DNA from: an uncultured Oscillospiraceae bacterium
GTDB taxonomy: Bacteria > Bacillota > Clostridia > Oscillospirales > Oscillospiraceae
DNA length: 64,000 nucleotides
NCBI GenBank assembly: GCA_947630785.1
Contig: CANRIW010000007.1
Location: 18 to 64,017, forward strand
Direction of reading: 5' to 3'
The position numbers and the translations under genes are program-made. Under the pieces are notes generated by a model. It made no database searches. It saw only the letters and a program-made list of their open reading frames with translations, and had not been told where the DNA came from. Positions 55,471-64,000 of this stretch are shown one piece after another (position 1 is the stretch's first letter; every line of letters starts with the position of its first letter).

Positions 55471-56664
55471 ATGGCTGTTTTTCGCCTGATCTGTCTGCTT
55501 CTATTGTCCGTCCTCAAGGTGTTTGGGCTCTATTTCACCCTGGTGGCGCTGTTCACCGCGCTGCCCCGCCGGAGTTTCGTCCCGGCCCCCTATCGGACCC
55601 GGTTCGCGGTGCTGGCCGCCGCACGGAACGAGGAGAGGGTCATCGGGAATTTTGTGGAGAGCATGAGAGCTCAGAACTACCCGCCGGACCTGTTCGATGT
55701 ATTTGTGGTCCCCAACAACTGCACCGACGATACCGAGTGGGCCGCCCTGGCCGCCGGCGCGGAGATCATCCGCTGCCGGGGGCCCGTGGCCGGCAAGGGG
55801 GACGCCCTCCATCAGGCGTTTGAGCAGCTCATGGGCCGGGGGTACGACGCCTTCGTGGTGCTGGACGCCGACAACACCCTGGCCCCGGACTATCTGGCAA
55901 GGCTCAACGACGCATTTATGGCCGGGGCGCGGGCGTGCAAGAGCCGCATGAGAACGGCCAATCCCCATGCCTCCGCGACGGCGGGGTGCTACGGCCTGTT
56001 CAATGCCTCCGTGGACCTGGTGTGGAACCGGCCCAGGGCGGCGCTGGGGCTGTCCGCCAAGCTGGTGGGCACCGGCTTCGCCGTGCGTCGGGAGGTGCTG
56101 GAGGAGCTGGGGGGCTGGAACACCTCCACCATCGCCGAGGACTGCGAGTTCGCCTCCCGGCTGGCCCAGGCGGGCATCCGGGTGACCTGGGTGCCCGACG
56201 CGGTGAACTATGACGAGGCTCCGGACAACTTTCTGGTCTCCCTCCGCCAGCGGAAGCGCTGGATCAGCGGCATCATGCAGGTGGGGAAGCTGCGCCTGGG
56301 GGAGCTGCTGCGGGCGGACTGCCCCGCGCCGGGGCTCCGCTTCGACATGGTCATGTTCCTGCTGCTGCCTTTTTCCCAGGGGATCTCCGCCCTGCTGGGG
56401 GCGGCCCTGCTGCTGACGGGCGGGCCGGCCGCCTTGCCGGCGTTCCTGATCGGGCTGGCCCTGTCGTACTTAGGAGGCGTGGGGGTGGGGGCGGTCCTGG
56501 CCCTCTTGGGCGGCTATGACCTGGCCGGGATGGCACCCGCCATCCTGTTCTTCCCCGTATTCACCGCCTCCTGGGCGCCCATCCAGGTGCTCTCCCTGTT
56601 CCACGACACCCGCCGCTGGAGCCCCATCGCCCACCGGGGGGCCGTCCCCGCGGCGGTGAAATGA
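55471..56664 (+). CDS. Membrane-embedded family-2 glycosyltransferase (processive synthase-like)
   Basis: 397 aa. N-terminal TM, VVLDADN (DxD), TEDCEF-like AEDCEF, a QRKRW (QxxRW) motif, and C-terminal TM helices. GGGAGGTG RBS. Confidence 0.8.
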   Translation: MAVFRLICLLLLSVLKVFGLYFTLVALFTALPRRSFVPAPYRTRFAVLAAARNEERVIGNFVESMRAQNYPPDLFDVFVVPNNCTDDTEWAALAAGAEIIRCRGPVAGKGDALHQAFEQLMGRGYDAFVVLDADNTLAPDYLARLNDAFMAGARACKSRMRTANPHASATAGCYGLFNASVDLVWNRPRAALGLSAKLVGTGFAVRREVLEELGGWNTSTIAEDCEFASRLAQAGIRVTWVPDAVNYDEAPDNFLVSLRQRKRWISGIMQVGKLRLGELLRADCPAPGLRFDMVMFLLLPFSQGISALLGAALLLTGGPAALPAFLIGLALSYLGGVGVGAVLALLGGYDLAGMAPAILFFPVFTASWAPIQVLSLFHDTRRWSPIAHRGAVPAAVK

Positions 56665-56871
56665 CGGAAGATTTTTCCCCGCACCGCTGCACGCTTTCGT
56701 GCATATACTGACCTGTAAGAGGGGAGTGTTTATCCCAAACAAAACGCTCGGAAAGAACAGGAGCAGGCGATGAGACGGTTCAACAGGATGCCCGACCCCG
56801 CGCCCCAGGACGTGGACGATCTGATCTTCGGTCAGGACGGCCCCCGTGTGAGCGAGCGGTGAGCGGGAGAG

Positions 56872-56901
56872 AAAAAGGAGCTGCGTGAGCGGCTCCTTTT
56901 T
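56872..56901. terminator. Hairpin terminator (8-bp stem with a GUGA tetraloop, A-run and T-run flanks)
   Basis: AAAAA GGAGCTGC GTGA GCGGCTCC TTTTT. Lies between the GT2 region (plus) and the convergent MFS gene (minus). Confidence 0.65.
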
Positions 56902-56956
56902 GACTTATATTGGCCCGGCTCTCTCGAAAATGATCATAGACCAGTCCGATGGTAGC

Positions 56957-58063
56957 TTATGAGAACCACCAGCCAAAAAGCGGCGACAGCGGTATCATAA
57001 AAACCGAAAAGATCATAGACGAGACGGAGATGAGCGTTGCCCGCTGAGCGGACGGGAACCGGTCGTTCAGCTTCTTGTCGCTGATCAATTGCAGACTGTC
57101 ATCCAGAAGTCCCGCCAGCAGGCCGGAGACCATCAGCACCGGCAGGCACGTCCCCCGTGCCGCCAGGGCGCAGAGCAGAACGCCGCCTCCGGTGACGGCC
57201 GCCGCCTTCGGATAGGACAGGTGGTCCAGTCTGCCTGTCAGAAGTCCTGCCAGTCCGCCGCCCAGGTCCAGTGCGAACAGCGCCGGACCCAGCAGCGCGG
57301 GGACCGTCACCGCCGCCTCTACCTTCTCTTGCAGGTAAAACCCCGTCAGGGTCGCGCATACCCCCACCAGGGCGTTGAGCACCATGATCCGGACGGCCGT
57401 ACCGTCCGATCTGAGGAGCGTCCAGGCGCCCCGAATCGTCTCCGCCAGGGCGCCGGGTAACGTCCGTAGCGTGGGCCGGGGGGCGTCCCGCTCCGGCTCG
57501 GTGATGGCCAGCGCGGCCGCCAGACCGATGAGGGCCACGCCCGTGTCCAGCAGGTACGCCCGCCGCCAACCCAGGAGCACCGTAGCCCCCGCCAGCAGCA
57601 TCGCGGCGCCGCCGCTGAAGCGGTATACCCCGTTTTGCAGGGAGGAGAAGCTCAGATAACCCGTCTCCTGTCCCGCCTGGAGCATGGATTCATAGGTAAT
57701 GGACTCCCGCGTACCGGATTCCAGATTGTACCCGAGGGCGGAAACGGCCAGAGACAGACATACCCCGGCCATTCCCCGGGAGGCTGCCATCAGCAGGGTG
57801 GAGAGCACGAACATCACATGGCTGGCTGTCAGGGTCCGCTTCCGGCCCATCACGTCCGCCAGAAGTCCCGAAGGCAGTTCACAGCAAAAGCTCACGGTAT
57901 GGAACACCGCTTCCGCCAAGCCGATCTCCACCAGGGAGAACCCACGCAGAGCCAGCAGGAGGACCCACACGCTTCCCGCCGGGCGAAAGCCCACCGACCA
58001 TTCCAGGACCAGAAGGGCCAGCTTTTGTCTGGAAAGCGAGAATTGTTTGCTTTTTTTAGGCAT
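56957..58063 (-). CDS. MFS transporter
   Basis: Start chosen at MPKKSKQF (AAAGGA RBS). About 12 TM segments. D-R/K-x-G-R-K/R-like loop ADVMGRKR. Confidence 0.75.
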   Translation of the reverse strand: MPKKSKQFSLSRQKLALLVLEWSVGFRPAGSVWVLLLALRGFSLVEIGLAEAVFHTVSFCCELPSGLLADVMGRKRTLTASHVMFVLSTLLMAASRGMAGVCLSLAVSALGYNLESGTRESITYESMLQAGQETGYLSFSSLQNGVYRFSGGAAMLLAGATVLLGWRRAYLLDTGVALIGLAAALAITEPERDAPRPTLRTLPGALAETIRGAWTLLRSDGTAVRIMVLNALVGVCATLTGFYLQEKVEAAVTVPALLGPALFALDLGGGLAGLLTGRLDHLSYPKAAAVTGGGVLLCALAARGTCLPVLMVSGLLAGLLDDSLQLISDKKLNDRFPSAQRATLISVSSMIFSVFMIPLSPLFGWWFS

Positions 58064-58347
58064 AAAAAATGCGCCATCCTTTCTTTTTATCATAAAGAAA
58101 AGGATCGGCGCGACCAGTTATCGTGACCCGCGGTCACCGAAAAAAAGGCGCACTGATCCCATGGATGGCCAAATCATAGCCGTTAAAATGCAGGCTCAAG
58201 CCGTTCTGCATCCACCGCATCACCGCGCCCTCCTCTCATAAGATGGGAAAACTATAACATGAGCGGGCATGAAATGTCAAGAGGATCATGATCCAAGCCC
58301 ATTTTAAGCCTTTTGGCCGCCTTTTGACCGCCCCGGCAACTTTCTCC

Positions 58348-58376
58348 TTTACAACCGGCCGCCGGTTCTATATAAT
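58348..58376 (+). promoter_or_regulatory. Putative sigma-70 promoter of prfB
   Basis: TTTACA, 17-nt spacer, TATAAT. 36 nt upstream of the ATG at 58412. Confidence 0.5.
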
Positions 58377-58411
58377 ATATGGGACAAATCAAGCCAAATG
58401 AGGGAACATCT

Positions 58412-59536
58412 ATGATCGTACAATTCGACGAGTACAAGACCAGGCTGAACGCCCTGAAGCCCGAGCTGGAGCTGCTGGGCCAGTCGCTGGACCTGGAGGG
58501 GGCCGAGCGGGAGCTGGACGAGCTGCGGGCCCAGTCCGCCTCCGACGGGTTCTGGAACGACGTGGAGAAGGCCAAAAAGGTCCAGCAGCGCATCAGCCGC
58601 CTGGAGGATAAGATCGCCTCCCAGCAGAAGCGGCTGGGCCAGCTGGACGATCTGCTCACCCTGTGCGAGATGGGCCAGGAGGAGGAGGACGAGTCCCTGG
58701 TGCCCGAGGTGGAGGAGGGCTTTGCCAAGCTGGAGAACGAGATCGCCTCCGCCCGGCTGGACACCCTGCTCTCCGGCGAGTACGACGGCTCTCCCGCCAT
58801 CGTGTCCCTCCAGGCGGGGGCCGGCGGCACCGAGGCCCAGGACTGGGCCCAGATGCTCTACCGGATGTACACCCGCTGGGCGGAGCGCCACGGCTACACC
58901 TATACCATCCTGGACTACCAGGACGGGGACGAGGCGGGCATCAAGTCCGCCGCCATCCGCATCGAGGGGGACAACGCCTACGGCCACCTGAAGAGCGAGC
59001 ACGGCGTCCACCGGCTGGTGCGCATCTCCCCGTTCGACGCCAACGCCCGGCGGCAGACCTCTTTTGCCGCGGTGGAGGTCATGCCCGAGCTGGACGACAG
59101 CGTGGAGGTGGACATCCGGGAGGAGGACATCGAGATGCAGGTATACCGGTCCTCCGGCGCCGGCGGCCAGCACATCAACAAGACCTCCTCCGCCGTGCGG
59201 TTGATCCACAAGCCCACCGGGATCGTGGTGTCCTGCCAGACGGAGCGCTCCCAGTTCCAGAACCGGGAGACCTGCATGAAGATGCTCCGCTCCAAGCTGA
59301 TGCAGATCAAGGAGCAGGAGCACTTGGACAAGATCTCCGACATCAAGGGCGCTCAGCTCAAGATCGAGTGGGGCAGCCAGATCCGCTCCTACGTGTTCAT
59401 GCCCTACCAGCTGGTGAAGGACAACCGCACCGCCTATGAGACCTCCAACGTCAACGGCGTCATGGACGGGGACCTGGACGGGTTCATCAACGCCTACCTG
59501 ACGGCGGCGGCCACGGGCACCTGGGCCACCAAGTAA
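58412..59536 (+). CDS. prfB: Peptide chain release factor 2, encoded in one continuous frame
   Basis: Start at MIVQFDEY (GAGGGAAC RBS). SPF tripeptide (RISPFDA) and GGQ (SGAGGQHINK). No in-frame TGA at the usual frameshift position. Confidence 0.9.
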   Translation: MIVQFDEYKTRLNALKPELELLGQSLDLEGAERELDELRAQSASDGFWNDVEKAKKVQQRISRLEDKIASQQKRLGQLDDLLTLCEMGQEEEDESLVPEVEEGFAKLENEIASARLDTLLSGEYDGSPAIVSLQAGAGGTEAQDWAQMLYRMYTRWAERHGYTYTILDYQDGDEAGIKSAAIRIEGDNAYGHLKSEHGVHRLVRISPFDANARRQTSFAAVEVMPELDDSVEVDIREEDIEMQVYRSSGAGGQHINKTSSAVRLIHKPTGIVVSCQTERSQFQNRETCMKMLRSKLMQIKEQEHLDKISDIKGAQLKIEWGSQIRSYVFMPYQLVKDNRTAYETSNVNGVMDGDLDGFINAYLTAAATGTWATK

Positions 59537-59554
59537 ATACCTCGGAACGAAAAG

Positions 59555-59586
59555 ACGGCCCTCCCGGTTTCGGGAGGGCCGTTTTG
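59555..59586. terminator. Bidirectional hairpin terminator
   Basis: ACGGCCCTCCCG GTTT CGGGAGGGCCGT followed by TTTTG, preceded by GAAAAG. Lies between convergent prfB and the LCP gene. Confidence 0.8.
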
Positions 59587-59593
59587 CGCGTCG

Positions 59594-60634
59594 TTACGGG
59601 TGGCAGATATTCAGGACGTCGGAGGACAGCTCCTCCTCGTAGAGCCCGAGGCCGTTGATCAGTTCCAGCACGCCCTCGTCGTCCAGCTCATAGTAGGGGC
59701 TGATCCACTCTCCGGGCAACACGGCGGTGGTGAGAGCGGTATCCAGATCCATCCCCACGGCCTGGGTGGCGAACCAGACCATCCGGTTCAGCTGCATGTC
59801 GGTGGTCACATAGGAGGAGAGGATGTTGATGAGGTCAGGCACCTTGTCCACGTTGGACAGGGTGACGGTCTGCTTGGCCAGGGCGGTGAGGAACTTCCGC
59901 TGGGTCTGGGTGCGTCCGATGTCGGCGCTGGCATAGCAGCTGCGGCACCGCATAACGCCCAGAGCCTGCTTCCCGTTCAGCAGCTGATAGCCCTTTTTGA
60001 TGTGGATGTGCAGATCCTGATAGGGGTCGTCATAGTCCATGTTCACCGGCACGTCGAAGTATACCCCGCCGATCTTGTCCACGATGGCCCTGAAGGCGTA
60101 GGTGTCCACCTCTACATAGTAGTCCACCGGTACGGCCAGCATCCTGGAGACGGTGCTGACCAGCAGATCGGTGCCGCCCACAGACTGTACGCTGTTGAGC
60201 TTCCGGTTTTCTCCCTTGACCCGGACCACCGTATCACGGGGGAGAGAGATCAGGGAGGCGGTCTTGTTTCCGGTGTCGAACACGCCCAGCATCATGGTGT
60301 CGGTGCCGCCCATATCCGCTGAGCCGATGAGCAGGCAGGTGTAGATCCCGTCCCGCCGGTGGAACACGACCCCATCCGGCTCCTGGCTGGGGGCGGCGCT
60401 GGGAGCGGCGGTCGGCTCCGCGCTGGGAGCGGCGGTGTCGCCGGGTCCATCGTCGGCGACCGGGTGGAACACCACCTGATCGTCCACATCGGGGGCGGGC
60501 GCCCAGATGCGGAAGGCGATATAGCCCACCACGATGACCAGGGAAAAGGCAAATACGGTGATATATAGGCCCCGGAAGAAGCGGAACGCCCCGCTGCTGT
60601 TCTTCTTCCGGTGGACCTGCTGTCTCTTTGCCAT
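59594..60634 (-). CDS. LCP (LytR-CpsA-Psr) family cell-envelope phosphotransferase
   Basis: Start chosen at MAKRQQV (GAAAGAGG RBS 9 nt upstream). N-terminal TM, Pro/Ala-rich linker, then an LCP core (ISLPRDT...VDTYAFRAIVDKIGGV). Confidence 0.85.
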   Translation of the reverse strand: MAKRQQVHRKKNSSGAFRFFRGLYITVFAFSLVIVVGYIAFRIWAPAPDVDDQVVFHPVADDGPGDTAAPSAEPTAAPSAAPSQEPDGVVFHRRDGIYTCLLIGSADMGGTDTMMLGVFDTGNKTASLISLPRDTVVRVKGENRKLNSVQSVGGTDLLVSTVSRMLAVPVDYYVEVDTYAFRAIVDKIGGVYFDVPVNMDYDDPYQDLHIHIKKGYQLLNGKQALGVMRCRSCYASADIGRTQTQRKFLTALAKQTVTLSNVDKVPDLINILSSYVTTDMQLNRMVWFATQAVGMDLDTALTTAVLPGEWISPYYELDDEGVLELINGLGLYEEELSSDVLNICHP

Positions 60635-60768
60635 GATCGGCATCCTCTTTCTCAGACCGGGTGGAGAAGTCCCACTCGGATTATGTCAACTTTAACCTCC
60701 ACAGTATACAGGCCCCGGCGAAAAAAAACAAGTACAAAGTGTAAATTATTTTTGGGCACACTTCCATC

Positions 60769-60796
60769 TTGACAGAAAGGGAAAAGACGCTATAAT
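60769..60796 (+). promoter_or_regulatory. Putative sigma-70 promoter of the Crp/Fnr-family regulator gene
   Basis: TTGACA, 16-nt spacer, TATAAT. Confidence 0.55.
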
Positions 60797-60822
60797 AAAA
60801 CTGTATCAAATGATACAGTTTT
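60797..60822. promoter_or_regulatory. 26-bp perfect palindrome immediately downstream of the -10 box (candidate operator or 5'-UTR hairpin)
   Basis: AAAACTGTATCA-AA-TGATACAGTTTT. It abuts TATAAT on one side and the GGAGGGG RBS on the other. Confidence 0.6.
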
Positions 60823-60834
60823 GGAGGGGTGCCT

Positions 60835-61491
60835 GTGAAGTCGGCGCGAAACGCGGACCACCCCCTGTTTGCGGGAGTGGACCCAAAGCTGTTGGCCGAG
60901 GCGCTGGCCGGGGCCGAGGAGCTGTCCCCCCGAAAGGGGGAGACCATCTACACTCAGGGGCGGTTCCGCCGGTGCCTGGGGGTGCTGCTGGAGGGCAGGG
61001 TCAAGGTGGAGAAGGGGGCGCTGACTATGTCCACCCTTCGCGCCGGGGACCTGTTCGGGGCGGCGGCGCTGTTCTCCGGCGGAGCGGATTATCCCACCAC
61101 TCTCACCGCCCAGACCGAATGCCGCATCCTGCTCATCCCCCAGGAGGGCGTCCGGCGGCTCATCCGGGGGGACGGAGGCTTTGCCGAGCGGTATGTGACC
61201 TATCTGTCCGGCCGGATCCAGTTCCTCACCGGGCGGCTGGGGGCGCTGTCCGCCGTGTCCTCGGAGGGCAAGCTGGCCCAGTACCTCCTCACCAGCTGCG
61301 GGGAGGACGGGGCGCTCACCCTGTCCGCCGCCCAGCTCTGCCGGCGCATCGGCGTGGGCCGCGCCACCCTCTACCGCTCCTTTGAGGAGCTGGAGAGGGC
61401 CGGGGCCATCTCCCGGGAGGGAAAGACCATCCGCGTGACCGACCGGGAAAAGCTCAGGACCGCCTTCGGCGGCCACACATCCCATCATTGA
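60835..61491 (+). CDS. Crp/Fnr-family transcriptional regulator (cNMP-binding-like domain plus HTH)
   Basis: GTG at 60835 is preferred over GTG at 60829 because of GGAGGGG spacing. Beta-roll (GETIYTQG...GDLFG) and C-terminal HTH (AAQLCRRIGVGRATLYRSFEELE). Confidence 0.8.
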   Translation: MKSARNADHPLFAGVDPKLLAEALAGAEELSPRKGETIYTQGRFRRCLGVLLEGRVKVEKGALTMSTLRAGDLFGAAALFSGGADYPTTLTAQTECRILLIPQEGVRRLIRGDGGFAERYVTYLSGRIQFLTGRLGALSAVSSEGKLAQYLLTSCGEDGALTLSAAQLCRRIGVGRATLYRSFEELERAGAISREGKTIRVTDREKLRTAFGGHTSHH

Positions 61492-61515
61492 ACCCAAACG
61501 AAAGGAACGATCGCT

Positions 61516-62613
61516 ATGAAACTGAAGAAACTCGCCGCCCTGCTGCTGGCCCTGACCATGATCTTCGTCCTGGCCGCCTGCGGCAGGCCCGCAGCCGATT
61601 CCAGCGAGGTCCCCTCCGCGGCCCCCACCGAGCCCGCGCAGGAGACCGCAGAGCCCTCCGATGCTCCCGCTGAGACGCCCTCCGAAGAGCCCTCCGCCGC
61701 GCCCACCGAGGACGTCCACGTGGAGCGCCCCGTCCCCCGGCTGGCGGTGCTGTCCGGCCCCACCGGCATCGGCGCGGCCAAGCTGCTGTCCGTCCCGGAG
61801 GAGAACGCCCAGGGCTATGAGTACACCATCGAGGCGGACAACTCCGCCCTGGTGGCCGGCCTGTCCAACGGCACGATGGATATCGCCACCATGGCCTCCA
61901 ACGCGGCGGTGAACCTCTATAACAAGACCGACGGCGGCGTGAAGATCATCGCCCTGGGCACCCTGGGCGTGCTGCACATCCTGGAGAGCGGCGGCAATAC
62001 CGCCATCAACTCCATCGCCGATCTGGCGGGGAAGACCATCTGGTCCGCCGGCCAGGGGGCCAATCCGGAGTATATCCTCCGCCATTTGCTGGAGAAGAGC
62101 GGCGTGGCCGATCAGGTGACCGTTCAGTTCGCCGACGCCTCTGAGATCCAGGCCCGGCTGCTCTCCGGCGAGATCGAGTGCGCCATGCTGCCGGTGCCCG
62201 CCGCCACCGCCGCCATCGCCAAGAGCGAGGGCTCCGTGCGGGACGCGGTGGATGTGACCGAGGCGTGGAACGAGGCGGAGGAGGCCGGCCAGCTGGTGAT
62301 GACCGCCGTGGTGGTCCGCACCGAGTTTTTGGAGACCTATCCTGATGTTGTGAACGATTTTCTGAAGGATTATGAAGCGTCTATCAATTACGTGGTGAAC
62401 AATGTGGAAGACGCCGCCCAGATGGTGGCCGACCTGGGCATCACCCCCTCCGCCGGCATCGCCAAGGCGGCCATCCCCCAGTGCCACCTGACCTTCATCG
62501 CCGGGGCGGATATGCAGAGCGCCGTGTCCGATTACTTCCGGGTGTTGTGGAAACTGGACCCCGCCTCCATCGGCGGCTTCATCCCCGACGACGGCATCTA
62601 CTATGTGGGCTGA
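61516..62613 (+). CDS. ABC transporter substrate-binding lipoprotein (NitT/TauT, NMT1-like)
   Basis: 365 aa. Signal peptide with a lipobox LAAC, a Pro/Glu/Ala-rich linker, then an SBP fold. Followed by the permease and ATPase genes. Confidence 0.75.
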   Translation: MKLKKLAALLLALTMIFVLAACGRPAADSSEVPSAAPTEPAQETAEPSDAPAETPSEEPSAAPTEDVHVERPVPRLAVLSGPTGIGAAKLLSVPEENAQGYEYTIEADNSALVAGLSNGTMDIATMASNAAVNLYNKTDGGVKIIALGTLGVLHILESGGNTAINSIADLAGKTIWSAGQGANPEYILRHLLEKSGVADQVTVQFADASEIQARLLSGEIECAMLPVPAATAAIAKSEGSVRDAVDVTEAWNEAEEAGQLVMTAVVVRTEFLETYPDVVNDFLKDYEASINYVVNNVEDAAQMVADLGITPSAGIAKAAIPQCHLTFIAGADMQSAVSDYFRVLWKLDPASIGGFIPDDGIYYVG

Positions 62614-63352
62614 GCGCCTGAAAAACTGCATGAAGATCGCCATACCCCCGGTCTTTTGGCTGGGGGTATGGCAGCTTGCGGCCCTTTTGGTGGGGCGGGA
62701 GCTGCTGCTCCCCGGCCCGCTGGCGGTGGCAAAGGCCCTTTGCGCCCTGGCGGTGACGGGGGACTTCTGGCTGTCCGCCCTGATGACCCTGCTCCGGGTC
62801 TTCCTGGGCCTTCTCTGGGGGACGGCGGCGGGGACCGCCCTGGCCTTTCTGACCCATTTCAGCCGGTGGGCGTCGGCCCTGCTGGCCCCGGCGGTGAAAG
62901 TGGTCCGGGCCACGCCGGTGGTGTCCTTCATCCTGCTGGTGTATCTGTGGGTGACGCGGGCGGCTATCCCCGCCGTCATCTCCGGGCTGATGGTCCTGCC
63001 CGTCGTCTGGGGGAGCGTGACCGCCGGCCTCGCCGCCGTGGACCCCCAGCTTCTGGAGATGGCGGGCACCTACCGGTTCTCCCGGCTCAAGACCCTGCGG
63101 CTCATCTATCTGCCCTCCCTGCGGGGGCATTTTACCGCCGGGCTGCTCACCGCCTTCGGTCTGGCCTGGAAATCCGGGGTGGCGGCGGAGGTCATCTGTC
63201 CCCCCACGCTGGCCATTGGCTCCAGGCTCCAGGCCGCCCGACTGGTCCTGGAGACCCCCGAGCTGTTCGCCTGGACGCTGGTGATCATTGCCCTGTCCCT
63301 GGCGCTGGAGCGGCTTCTCCGCCTGCTGCTGGAGAGGGGGGAGCGGGTATGA
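62603..63352 (+). CDS. ABC transporter permease (NitT/TauT family)
   Basis: 249 aa with about 6 TM segments. 11-nt overlap with the SBP gene. Confidence 0.8.
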   Translation: MWAERLKNCMKIAIPPVFWLGVWQLAALLVGRELLLPGPLAVAKALCALAVTGDFWLSALMTLLRVFLGLLWGTAAGTALAFLTHFSRWASALLAPAVKVVRATPVVSFILLVYLWVTRAAIPAVISGLMVLPVVWGSVTAGLAAVDPQLLEMAGTYRFSRLKTLRLIYLPSLRGHFTAGLLTAFGLAWKSGVAAEVICPPTLAIGSRLQAARLVLETPELFAWTLVIIALSLALERLLRLLLERGERV

Positions 63353-63930
63353 TCCAGGTGCGCAATCTGACCCTCCGCTATGGGGACAAGACGGTGCTGG
63401 ACCGGTTTTCCATCGATCTGCCGGACCGGGGGATCACCGCGCTGGCGGGACCATCGGGCTGCGGCAAGACCACCCTCCTGCGGGCGCTGGCGGGGCTGGC
63501 CGCGCCGGAGAGCGGCACGGTGTCCGGCATCGACCCCAAACGGACCGCCTTCCTGTTCCAGGAGGACCGGCTGCTGCCCTGGCGGACGGTGGGGCAGCAC
63601 ATCGCCGACGTGCTGCCCAAGGGCCGCCGGGGAGAGGTCTCCCGCTGGCTGGCTTTCGCCGAACTGGAGGGGGAGGAGGGCGCGTATCCCGCCGCTCTGT
63701 CCGGCGGCATGGCCCGGCGGCTGGCCCTAGCCCGGTGCGCCGCCCTGGGGGGAGACCTTCTCCTGCTGGACGAGCCCTTTGCCGGGGTGGACGAGGAGCG
63801 GGCCGGTCGGATGCTGGAGCGCCTGCGGGCACTGGACACGCCGGTGGTCCTTGCCTCCCATCAGGGGGCCGTGCTGGAGCGGTGTGACGCCGTCCTTTGG
63901 CTGGACGGTCCGCCTCTGCGGGTGCTGTGA
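63349..63930 (+). CDS. ABC transporter ATP-binding protein
   Basis: Start at MIQVRNLT (ATGA overlap with the permease gene). Walker [10 protein letters not shown], signature LSGGMARR, Walker B LLLLDEP. Confidence 0.85.
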   Translation: MIQVRNLTLRYGDKTVLDRFSIDLPDRGITALAGPSGCGKTTLLRALAGLAAPESGTVSGIDPKRTAFLFQEDRLLPWRTVGQHIADVLPKGRRGEVSRWLAFAELEGEEGAYPAALSGGMARRLALARCAALGGDLLLLDEPFAGVDEERAGRMLERLRALDTPVVLASHQGAVLERCDAVLWLDGPPLRVL

Positions 63931-63940
63931 ACGCGAAAAA

Positions 63941-63967
63941 GCGCTTCCTCCGATTCGGAGGAAGCGC
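63941..63967. terminator. Hairpin terminator-like element
   Basis: GCGCTTCCTCCG ATT CGGAGGAAGCGC, a 12-bp stem. The A-run is on the plus-strand 5' side, so the U-tract is on the minus strand. It may terminate a convergent gene right of the window and also stop the ABC operon. Confidence 0.55.
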
Positions 63968-64000
63968 TCAGTCTGTCGAAAAAGTCTGCCTAGAGGCAGA

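Noticed and set aside
58064-58115. Imperfect hairpin GCGCCATCCTTTCTTT...AAAGAAAAGGATCGGCGC overlapping the extended N-terminus of the MFS ORF
   Set aside because: It probably just reflects the RBS region and start-codon choice (ATG at 58063 preferred). The stem is imperfect and AT-rich, and I cannot assign a function.
58412-58520. Looked for the programmed +1 frameshift site (CUU UGA C context about 25 codons in) usually present in prfB
   Set aside because: The reading frame is continuous (…LELLGQSLDLEGAERELDEL…) with no in-frame TGA, so this RF2 gene is not frameshift-regulated. This occurs in a minority of bacteria and is not an assembly error as far as I can see.

Overview
This is a 64-kb chromosomal segment from a visibly high-GC genome (roughly 60-65% by eye, not computed). 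Gene content looks like a Gram-positive anaerobe of the Clostridia or Oscillospirales type: buk, a CIRCE element, a SpoVB/MurJ-type flippase, an LCP protein and a WalRK-like system. That taxonomic placement is inference. I can support about 58 protein-coding genes, most with a Shine-Dalgarno motif 5-10 nt upstream of the chosen start. I also call several hairpin terminators and a few sigma-70-like promoters.

I saw no rRNA, tRNA, CRISPR array, transposase, integrase or phage gene. Many very long ORFs in the supplied track are Gly/Ala/Val/His/Leu-rich antisense shadows of real genes, which is typical of high-GC DNA, and I rejected them.

Housekeeping content:
- clpB preceded by a perfect CIRCE element, and feoAB
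- a nudF-walRK-like-yycHI-like-flippase-C26 peptidase string
- pyrE, radC, uvrB, ybaK, uvrA and prfB (no programmed frameshift)
- an LCP protein and a Crp/Fnr regulator with a NitT/TauT-type ABC transporter

Two compact accessory metabolic loci are the most interesting part of the window.
1. 143-11130: a PucR-linked nine-gene minus-strand operon. It combines an Fe-S/flavin electron-transfer module (Isf-like flavoprotein, FAD_binding_2 reductase, a 2Fe2S-4Fe4S-GltD/NfnB-like fusion, and a NuoF-type Fe-S protein) with an acyl-carrier-like protein, a CocE/NonD hydrolase, and a Pta-type phosphotransacylase paired with a Buk-type kinase.
2. 47846-55290: an HxlR-linked operon encoding cupin, SDR, 3-hydroxyacyl-CoA-dehydrogenase-family, cyclase/formamidase-family and BKACE (Kce-like) enzymes, a tightly coupled 63-aa zinc-ribbon protein, and AEC and MFS transporters.

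I cannot match either gene combination to a characterised pathway from memory, so both are offered as candidate undescribed catabolic systems. Smaller points are listed under findings: an ATP-grasp/PHP/NodB trio, a WYL regulator with an unknown partner gene, a cluster of five tetraloop hairpins, a 26-bp perfect palindrome on a Crp-family promoter, and a structured leader with a terminator-like element. All functional calls rest on remembered family motifs. No database search was run.
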